Below, in pieces: positions 31,520-38,367 of a DNA stretch of 38,367 nt (its first letter is position 1; every line of letters begins with the position of its first letter). Below the pieces are notes generated by a model that searched no databases, was not told the origin of the DNA, and saw nothing but the letters and a program-made list of their open reading frames with translations. Source of the stretch: Candidatus Chisholmbacteria bacterium RIFCSPHIGHO2_01_FULL_52_32 (GTDB taxonomy: Bacteria > Patescibacteriota > Microgenomatia > UBA1400 > Chisholmbacteraceae); NCBI GenBank assembly GCA_001816585.1, contig MHCJ01000002.1, forward strand, positions 1 to 38,367. The letters are read 5' to 3'. The translations under genes were made by a program, and so were the position numbers.

Positions 31520-33772
31520 CTATTCCTCCTCGCCTGATGGTGTCGCTTCCCCGCTCGGCGTTGCCTCCCCAGCACTTGCCGTTGCTTCCCGCGCTTGAGC
31601 CTCGATCGCCTTATCCTGAATATCAAGAATCATCCCTTGGGCCGCCTGTCCCAACTCAAGCTCACCCGGTGTTAGCACCGATTGGTACTTCTGGAGATAG
31701 TCGATCGCTTGAAGGTAGTCGGGCGGTTCAAGTTTATATCCGTACACCCTTGCCAAACTCGCCAAGGCTTCCTTGAAATACGGATCGATCTCGAGCACCC
31801 GCTTGTACTCCCGTATCGCGTCATCAAAAAGCTTGACTTCTTCATACATAAATCCTGCATTGAAAAAATGCCGCGCGTAGTAGAAAACCACCGTCTCTTC
31901 AAACATCGGTGTGTTGCGCCGCACCTTCTTAACCATCTCAAGATTAATCCCGTCCCAAAGCGCATCGTTTTCCGTCCGCAAGTCTTCAAGTTTGAGATCC
32001 TCTCCCTTCTTCTTGACTAAAAACAACAGGTTTTTCGGATACAGCACATACTTTTTTTCAAGCTCGGGATCGTGAACCACCAGATCCGGCCCGACGTAAA
32101 CCGGCCGCCTGCCGTAGTTGGCATCCACAATCTGGGTGGCCGTGGTAAATTGCTTCCCTTCCAACGGAAAAGGGATAAAAAGGTCAGGGTACTTTCTCAG
32201 GAGTTGAGGCGTGAACCAGGGAAGGTGGAATTGTCCAGGGGTAAAGCTAACTCGGCTATCCTTCCCCGCCAGCTCAACCATCCGAAAGTAATCGACCGTC
32301 ATATTGGGAACGTCACCGGAAAGTAAGATCAGCGCGTCCGGCTCGGTAGGACTATACGCTTGTCTGGCATACAACTGCGTGAAGGTATTTCCCCCGCCGT
32401 TTGCCTTGGCAAAGTTCACCAAAACCAAACCGGAAAAGAGAAGAAAAAGATACGCCTTCCCCAACCACAATCCCAAAAGGTAAGCTGTTTTCCTCACCCG
32501 AATCCCTTCGATAAGCCGGTACAATTCGTAGATACCGAAACTGATGGCCAAGGCCACGAACAGGTGAGGCAGCATTTGGAAACGCCGTACGGTCGACTGG
32601 TTGAAGCTGTCGGAAAGCGGGAAATTCGCGTACGAAAGGAAGAGGATGCCGGAAAACCCCAATCCCAAGAGCAAAAACCAAAACATCCGCCGCTCCTGCC
32701 GGAACAGGCGGTATCCGCCGTAGACAGCCAACCCAAACCCCACCACCGAGAAGTCAAGAATGAGGTTTCGAAGGTAAAACACCACCTGCTCTACCGGTGT
32801 TGCTCTCACCACGGGCGATGATCCGACCAAAAACGAGCCGAAGGTGCCGAAGTCGCGCCTGACAAGCGCCGCCAGGGCACCGCCGACCCCATCGACCTCC
32901 CCCCAGTTTAAAAGCGGTTTTCTTGCAGCAATCCATAAAAGCGAGACAAAAAACGGCAGCGTGCCCAGAAGCAAAGCTCCCAGCGTAACTCCCAGCCGCC
33001 TCCAGTCGCCGACAAACGTAAGGAGAGGCCGCCAGATAAGATACAGCACGGCGGGAAACACCAAGATGATGGTTTGGTGATGCGTCAACGCCAGCCCCCC
33101 GACAAGTGCCAAAAGGATGAATCGCCAAATCCCACCCCGACCGACCCTCTTCAACACCCCTTCTTTTGTTGTAGGCAGATTTCCTTGGCTGCCGATCGCA
33201 ACCGCCAACAGAAGCAAAGAAACGGCAAAAAAGTTATTCAGGGGGAACACCTCAAACTTCGTTGCGTATTGCCAGAAGATCAGCGAAAACGCGAGAAACA
33301 TGCTGGCGGAGAACGCTACCAGTCTTTTCCCGCGTTCTCCCACTTGCCCCGCGGTTCCCGCTTTGCGGGGACTTTGCGTGGCTCCCACCTTATCATTCCC
33401 GTGTGCTTCTGAATTTGCATACCCAAACAACGCCAGGACCAGAAAATAGAACGTAAAAACCGTCAGAGCTTGCAGGAATGCCGAAACCGCATTCACCCGT
33501 TCAACCGGATTCATCGTCTGCGCTGTCAGCCTGCCTGCCTCAAGGATCGGCTTTCTCATCCACTCTTGTCGTGACGACAGATACCCGAGAAGCGTATTCA
33601 CCGGATAGCTCGGTTGGTGCGGAACGCCCAATACAATCGCCGCCGTCACCATCTCGGTTGAGTCTCCCGGCGCAATCGACGGATAAAGGGTAAATAAATA
33701 CACCGAAAACGGCAACCCAAACGCCAGAATCGGCAAAAAGATACTAACGAGTCTTTCTATCACTTTCTTCAT
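31520..33772 (-). CDS. DUF2723/TMEM260-like GT-C membrane protein with a C-terminal TPR region
   Basis: ..YLFTLYPSIAPGDSTEMVTAAIVLGVPHQPSYPVNTLLGYL.. is the N-terminal pattern. The TPR-like stretch is ..FMYEEVKLFDDAIREYKRVLEIDPYFKEALASLARVYG... The tail contains the repeat GEATPSGEATPSGEEE. Confidence 0.7.
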   Translation of the reverse strand: MKKVIERLVSIFLPILAFGLPFSVYLFTLYPSIAPGDSTEMVTAAIVLGVPHQPSYPVNTLLGYLSSRQEWMRKPILEAGRLTAQTMNPVERVNAVSAFLQALTVFTFYFLVLALFGYANSEAHGNDKVGATQSPRKAGTAGQVGERGKRLVAFSASMFLAFSLIFWQYATKFEVFPLNNFFAVSLLLLAVAIGSQGNLPTTKEGVLKRVGRGGIWRFILLALVGGLALTHHQTIILVFPAVLYLIWRPLLTFVGDWRRLGVTLGALLLGTLPFFVSLLWIAARKPLLNWGEVDGVGGALAALVRRDFGTFGSFLVGSSPVVRATPVEQVVFYLRNLILDFSVVGFGLAVYGGYRLFRQERRMFWFLLLGLGFSGILFLSYANFPLSDSFNQSTVRRFQMLPHLFVALAISFGIYELYRLIEGIRVRKTAYLLGLWLGKAYLFLLFSGLVLVNFAKANGGGNTFTQLYARQAYSPTEPDALILLSGDVPNMTVDYFRMVELAGKDSRVSFTPGQFHLPWFTPQLLRKYPDLFIPFPLEGKQFTTATQIVDANYGRRPVYVGPDLVVHDPELEKKYVLYPKNLLFLVKKKGEDLKLEDLRTENDALWDGINLEMVKKVRRNTPMFEETVVFYYARHFFNAGFMYEEVKLFDDAIREYKRVLEIDPYFKEALASLARVYGYKLEPPDYLQAIDYLQKYQSVLTPGELELGQAAQGMILDIQDKAIEAQAREATASAGEATPSGEATPSGEEE

Positions 33773-33910
33773 CTCTCATCATCTCCCCTCTATGAATTCA
33801 TCCGCATTTAACCACGTACGCTTCCACTCATCAATCCACTGATAGTATCCGTACCAATCCTGCGCGCTTCGCTTGGCTCTCCTTGGCTCCCCTTGAACGC
33901 AACCGAATAT

Positions 33911-33945
33911 ATGAATCATGAATTATGAGTAATGAATAATGAATT
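33911..33945. repeat. Heptamer tract ATGAATN x5 (intergenic)
   Basis: atgaatc atgaatt atgagta atgaata atgaatt. Nearby are three copies of cc(c)tttgaacRc, at about 33888, 33958 and 34011. Confidence 0.8.
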
Positions 33946-34004
33946 ACAAATAAGGAAACCCTTTGAACACAACCATCAGGATTAGCTTGTAGCTTTTTTA
34001 GTTT

Positions 34005-34194
34005 CTGATTCCCCTTTGAACGCATGCTACTCGAGAACGAAGTGAGCGAATACCACTGAAATGTCATCGACTGTCCGACGAAGGGTTGATCCCGAGGAGT
34101 TTGATGACAAAGGATGAGCGAACGAGTTCCCGAGAGACCGTTCACTGGGGTGCCCTTTCTTCCGCCGCTTTCTTTGGGCACGCAAAGAAAGCGG
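34005..34194. ncRNA. Candidate structured noncoding element, copy Y (partner of 1717..1982); strand unresolved
   Basis: A perfect 12-bp hairpin spans 34165-34194 (ccgctttctttg / ggcacg / caaagaaagcgg). The loop-edge gggcac (34176-34181) is complementary to gtgccc (34150-34155). Blocks are shared with copy X. It sits in a 514-nt gap with no convincing ORF. Confidence 0.4.
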
Positions 34195-34286
34195 CAATCC
34201 ATTTTGGATGAGTAAAGAAATGATCTCCAGTATTGGTGAGCAAAGAGATGACAAACCATGCTTAGCTTCAGCACAGACAACACGAC

Positions 34287-37200
34287 TTAGGGTGCATGGG
34301 CCCGGATGACCGCCTCCTTCCTCCTCCTCTTCAGCAGTAATGGCAAGAATGGTGCCGCCCCGAACAGCAGCCAGACACGTTCCGGGATGACGATATACGC
34401 CCAGTCCACATGGAAGGGAGAGGTTCCTCCGACCGTCCACATGCCGAAGATGTGGGAAGCACCGGAGTAGTTGGAGGAGGTGGAGGAGAAATCATCATTT
34501 TGGGCCCCATTGACGGTCTGTTCTCCCGCCCACTCGGATGGATCATCACACCCGGTTGAAACGGTACAGCTGCTGTACCGGACAAGGTCCGTCCCGGCCC
34601 CGGCTTCTTCCGTCCATATGGAATACAGGACACTCGCATCAGTATCTAAAGAGAGGGAAGGATAGCTGTCATCATTATCTTCAAGATCGGCAGCCAGGAT
34701 GGCCGATCCCCAGGTCGTTCCCGTCCTCCGTTTGTAGGAGACTTGGTCTGTTCCGGCGTCATCGATGAAAATGAGATGGACCAGGGAGCCGTCGGAAACC
34801 GCCGACAGGGTATCGGCAAGGTTGGCATTGACGCTATCGATAGAATCCTGGCTTCCGGGCGCCCCGACCTCGAGCCTGCTCTCCACCCCGGTATTATCAT
34901 AGGAGATCGTCACTGATCCCACACTCCAGGTGAATCGCACCCGGTGCCGCCGCATGGTCAGGTTCCCCACCGTATCTGAAGGAGGGGCATTAGCTCCTCC
35001 GGTGGTGAAGGTCACGGTTTGCAATACCGTACAGTCTCCGCCGTCACAGGTCGGACCCCAGGTTTGGGAAGCGGAAGCCTTGGCAACCTGGGTGCCGTCC
35101 CATTCCGTGATATCGGTGTTGACGGTCAGGGTGGCCGCTTGGTTGGCTTTGAACTTGACGACCCAGCTGGTCGTTTGGGGGACATTCACTTCATTGATAT
35201 TCAGGCTCTGCCCGCACACCCGGACCAGAGAAGTGGTGTTACTTACCCCGCATTCTCCTGCTGCAGCTCCGGTATCATTCCTATTGTCCTCAAAGCCGAT
35301 GACCATCCGCTTCGTCTGGTCTCCCAAGGTCCCAGTAATCCCTCCAAGAGATGGTCTTCCCGAATAGTGGCTTCCCGTCCCCCCGCCGAAAGTATCCGCC
35401 CGGATGTCCATGACAGCGTAGGGGGAGGTATACCCCACCCCTGTTGAAGCAGCCGGCCATTGGGGAGCCCCCGTCGTCCCATCAAACTTCTGCATGAAGA
35501 CATTCTTGTCAGAGGTAACGGTATTCCCGACAAAGCTCCGGTCATCCTCCCAGACCACGTACGGATTTCCCGAGTCAACCGCAATCCGAGGATATCGTTG
35601 GTTTCCCGAAAGAGCAAAGTCATGGGAGAGCATCAGCTCACCGGCAGGGTTGTAGAGCTCGGCACTTGTCAGGATCCCGTTGTTATCCCCACCGGTGGTC
35701 AGGACTTTCCCGGTCGAAAGTAAGACGGAAATATGCCTGCGAGTGCCGAGGTTCAACCCGCCTGTCGTATAGGTAAATGTCCCCGCGGAGGGATCGAACA
35801 GCTCCGCAGTGGTGAGAGAAGAACCACTTAACCCACCGATGAGAACAGTTTTCCCGTTCGGTAGGAGGATGGCACTCTGCTCCGTCCGCGCGGTCTTCAT
35901 ACCACCAGGTGTGGTCGTAAACGTCTCGGTTGCGGGATCGAACAGCTCCGCGACGGTCGAATTCCCGGTAACCAGGACTTTCCCGGTATCCAGAAGCAAT
36001 GCCTGGTGTTCATAGCGTGTGTTGGCAAGTCTTCCGGTGGTAAAGGTAAAGGTGTTCCCTTGGGGATCATAGATCTCGGCGGTGGACAGATCCCCCGCAA
36101 AATTCCCCCCCACTACGAGCACCCTGCCATTGGAAAGCAGGGTCGCGGTATGTCCGCTGCGGGCGGTGTTTAAACCCCCGGTCGTCAGGGTGAAGGTTCC
36201 GGTCGAAGGATTGAACAGTTCAGCGCTGCTCCGATTCCCCGAGGGGCCCCCGCCTCCGACCACAAGAACCTGACCGCTGGGGAGAAGGACCGTTTGCCCC
36301 TCGGTACGGTTCTCGATGAGGTTCCCCGTTGCAGTGAAGGTGCCGCTTGCCGGGTCATAGAGCTCGGCCGATGAATGTTTTGTGCTGCATTCGCTTGCCC
36401 CGGCACAGCCCCCTGCCACCAGGACCTTGCCGGTATTGAGCACGGCCATGGAAAACCGGTGCCGCTCGACCGCCATATTGCCGGTTGAAGCAAAAGTAGA
36501 CGCGGCAGGATCGTACAATTCCGCCGTCGATGCTATCGTGGTACAGCCAAAATTGGTACACCCCCCCGCAACCAGGACCTTCCCATTGGGAAGCAGGACA
36601 GCGCTGAATCGCTGCCGCTGGGTCACCATCCCTCCGGTCGTCGTGGTAAACCGGTCGGTCGTCCCACTCGGCCATTGGTTCGTCAATCCACCGGATGTGG
36701 GGTCGTTGGTTCGTTGTCCGTAGATCTTCCAACTCCCGCCGCCGTGATTGGCTCTCGAGACGTTCACCCCGCTCGATGAGCCGCCGCCCCCTCTCCCCGC
36801 CCAGGCAAAGAAGATCGAGGAGCCGGACACCACCGCATCCGGGCTTTCCTGGTCTGCCAGATCCACCCCGCTGTTGACCATCTGGTCGATCGAATACACC
36901 TCAGCAGTGGAGAGGGAAGCCGCCACACTAACTCTCCCTCCCGCGATGAGGATGTTACCGTTCGGGAGGAGCGCGACTGTTTGGTCATAGCGCCTCCCGA
37001 TCAGGTTACCGGTGGAAGAAAAAGTCCCGGTTGCCGGATCGTAGACCTCGGCTGTAAAGAGAGAACCACCGGAACTTCCCCCCACAACCAGCACATGGCT
37101 ATTGTTAAGAAGGGCTGCGGTATGTTGGGAACGGTTCCCGATGAGGTTACCGGTAGAAGCAAAGGTTCCGGTTGCCGGGTCGTAGAGCTCGGCTGTGGAG

Positions 37201-38367
37201 ATGTAGGCCCCATCGTATCCCCCCGCCACCAGCACCTTGCCGTTTCCAAGCAAGGTGGCGGTGAAGTCCTCGCGTAGTCCGATCAGGTTACCGGTAGAAG
37301 AAAAAGTCCCGGTTGCCGGGTCGTAGAGCTCGGCTGTGGAGAGGGAATTAGAGCCTACAACGATCCCCCCCGCCACCAGGATACGGCCATCCGGAAGGAG
37401 AGTGGTGGTGTGTCTCTCTCTCCTTCCGATCAGGTTACCGGTGGAGGAGAAAGTGCCGGTCACCGGGTTGTACAGTTCAGCCGTCGAGATGGTGACAATA
37501 TCGTCTCCTCCACTGACTAACACCCTTCCATCAGCAAGCAAGGTGGAAGAGAAATCATAGCGCCTGCCGATGAGATTGCCGGTAGAAGAAAAAGTGCCGG
37601 TTGAGGGGTTGTAGATCTCTGCTGTGGAAACCGAAACAACAGAAACGCCATACCCCCCCGCCACCAGAACCGCGCCATTGGGGAGCAAGGTCGAGGAGAA
37701 GTTCCGCCGCCTCCCGATCAGGTTACCGGTGGAGGAGAATGTGCCGGTCGAAGGGTCGTAGAGCTCGGCTGTGGAGACGGCAGCACCGTCATATCCCCCC
37801 GCCACGAGGACTTTTCCATTCGGAAGGATGGTAGCAATAAACTCTTGCCGCCTCCCGATAAGGTTCCCCGTCGATGACCATGTCTGTCCCCAAAGTGGTG
37901 AGCCGCTCGAATTGATCTTCTGGGCATAGATGTTCCCTTCCCGTTTGAGGGTTCCCGATTCTGCCTTGCTGGCGCTGTTACTGTCCCAAGTCAGGATGGC
38001 GTTGGTCCCGTCTATGGCAAGGGAAGGATTACGGTTGCCGTCCCCGGTTGATGATAGCCCGATATCCTCCGGATTGTTCTGGTTGACACCGGCTTGGTCA
38101 TCCCCCCAATTCTTGGCTCCGTCGGAGCTTGACAGCTTCTGTCCCATGATCCGAAGTGGCGGTCCGGTGATGGCCGGGAGGGCTCCGCAGGAGTTATTCG
38201 TTCCCCCTCCTCCGTTACAGGCTCCTGCTGCGGCAAGGTTCACGTTCGTCTGCCACCATGCGTTGGAGTCGTAATTCCATGACAGTCCCCAGTTCTGGAT
38301 TGCAGCATCACGGTCATCTTCCCATGCCACAATCACGTTGTTTGAAGTATCAATCGCCAGAACCGGC
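34287..38367 (-). CDS. Giant secreted/surface protein, 5'-partial: two 7-bladed Kelch-type propellers, a C-terminal domain related to that of the GT2 fusion, and a PEP-CTERM-like tail
   Basis: The frame stays open upstream of the GTG at 38336 to the window edge (..PVLAIDTSNNVIVAWEDDRD..). There are 14 blades of 43-52 aa following the pattern TFSSTGNLIGRR..F..TLLPNGKVLVAGG....STAELYDP.TG. The tail is ..HVDWAYIVIPERVWLLFGAAPFLPLLLKRRRKEAVIRAHAP. Confidence 0.85.
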   Translation of the reverse strand, partial: PVLAIDTSNNVIVAWEDDRDAAIQNWGLSWNYDSNAWWQTNVNLAAAGACNGGGGTNNSCGALPAITGPPLRIMGQKLSSSDGAKNWGDDQAGVNQNNPEDIGLSSTGDGNRNPSLAIDGTNAILTWDSNSASKAESGTLKREGNIYAQKINSSGSPLWGQTWSSTGNLIGRRQEFIATILPNGKVLVAGGYDGAAVSTAELYDPSTGTFSSTGNLIGRRRNFSSTLLPNGAVLVAGGYGVSVVSVSTAEIYNPSTGTFSSTGNLIGRRYDFSSTLLADGRVLVSGGDDIVTISTAELYNPVTGTFSSTGNLIGRRERHTTTLLPDGRILVAGGIVVGSNSLSTAELYDPATGTFSSTGNLIGLREDFTATLLGNGKVLVAGGYDGAYISTAELYDPATGTFASTGNLIGNRSQHTAALLNNSHVLVVGGSSGGSLFTAEVYDPATGTFSSTGNLIGRRYDQTVALLPNGNILIAGGRVSVAASLSTAEVYSIDQMVNSGVDLADQESPDAVVSGSSIFFAWAGRGGGGSSSGVNVSRANHGGGSWKIYGQRTNDPTSGGLTNQWPSGTTDRFTTTTGGMVTQRQRFSAVLLPNGKVLVAGGCTNFGCTTIASTAELYDPAASTFASTGNMAVERHRFSMAVLNTGKVLVAGGCAGASECSTKHSSAELYDPASGTFTATGNLIENRTEGQTVLLPSGQVLVVGGGGPSGNRSSAELFNPSTGTFTLTTGGLNTARSGHTATLLSNGRVLVVGGNFAGDLSTAEIYDPQGNTFTFTTGRLANTRYEHQALLLDTGKVLVTGNSTVAELFDPATETFTTTPGGMKTARTEQSAILLPNGKTVLIGGLSGSSLTTAELFDPSAGTFTYTTGGLNLGTRRHISVLLSTGKVLTTGGDNNGILTSAELYNPAGELMLSHDFALSGNQRYPRIAVDSGNPYVVWEDDRSFVGNTVTSDKNVFMQKFDGTTGAPQWPAASTGVGYTSPYAVMDIRADTFGGGTGSHYSGRPSLGGITGTLGDQTKRMVIGFEDNRNDTGAAAGECGVSNTTSLVRVCGQSLNINEVNVPQTTSWVVKFKANQAATLTVNTDITEWDGTQVAKASASQTWGPTCDGGDCTVLQTVTFTTGGANAPPSDTVGNLTMRRHRVRFTWSVGSVTISYDNTGVESRLEVGAPGSQDSIDSVNANLADTLSAVSDGSLVHLIFIDDAGTDQVSYKRRTGTTWGSAILAADLEDNDDSYPSLSLDTDASVLYSIWTEEAGAGTDLVRYSSCTVSTGCDDPSEWAGEQTVNGAQNDDFSSTSSNYSGASHIFGMWTVGGTSPFHVDWAYIVIPERVWLLFGAAPFLPLLLKRRRKEAVIRAHAP
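34290..34412 (-). other. C-terminal tripartite sorting-signal candidate (IPER motif, hydrophobic helix with APFLP, KRRRKE)
   Basis: Aligns with the tail of the 1640-aa protein under the consensus [VI]PE[KR]..(L)L....APFLP..LK..RKE. Confidence 0.55.
36890..37900. repeat. Tandem DNA repeats of 141/147 nt (7 units) encoding the first Kelch propeller
   Basis: The unit core (c/t)ccgat(c/g)aggttaccggt(g/a)gaag... recurs at 36996, 37137, 37278, 37425, 37566, 37713 and 37854. Units at 36996 and 37278 differ at only a handful of positions over about 65 nt by eye. Confidence 0.85.

Noticed and set aside
36890-37900. DGR template/variable repeat pair among the Kelch tandem repeats
   Set aside because: No reverse transcriptase or Avd-like gene is in the window. 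Differences between units are not adenine-specific by eye. The pattern fits ordinary tandem blade duplication.

Overview
Gene-dense, mostly minus-strand bacterial window using the standard genetic code. I found no rRNA, tRNA, CRISPR array or complete mobile element. All domain calls rest on motifs read by eye; no searches were run. Any link to an uncultivated Gram-positive-like or CPR-type lineage is inference only.

The window reads as a surface-protein and glycoconjugate biogenesis island.

(1) A 1640-aa single-ORF fusion (2843..7765) combines two transposase-type HTH modules, TM helices, a processive GT2 synthase with a QxxRW motif, more TM helices, an Asp-box-like extracellular domain and a PEP-CTERM-like tail. 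Its stop overlaps by 11 nt the start of a small exosortase/archaeosortase-like gene (2221..2853).

(2) A paralogue of this fusion runs off the left edge (1..1422). It is missing from the ORF track and was verified by hand.

(3) A giant protein with 14 Kelch blades runs off the right edge (34287..38367). It carries the same [VI]PE[KR]-APFLP-basic C-terminal tail.

(4) Between them lie eight large GT-C-type membrane proteins: five YfhO-like, one related and two DUF2723-TPR. With them are two soluble GT2 enzymes (one Ppm1/DPM1-like), three SDR epimerases, a SAM methyltransferase, a sirtuin-fold protein lacking the catalytic His and zinc module, and an HspR-like MerR regulator in an AT-rich island.

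Features the genes do not explain:
- A two-copy noncoding element shows compensatory base changes in both a 12-bp stem and a loop-to-distal pairing.
- A family of 7/8/10-nt periodic low-complexity tracts occurs intergenically and as in-frame insertions in the GT2 fusion. Several are G-quadruplex-type on the sense strand.
- A variable in-frame cassette sits between near-identical flanks in the two GT2-fusion paralogues.
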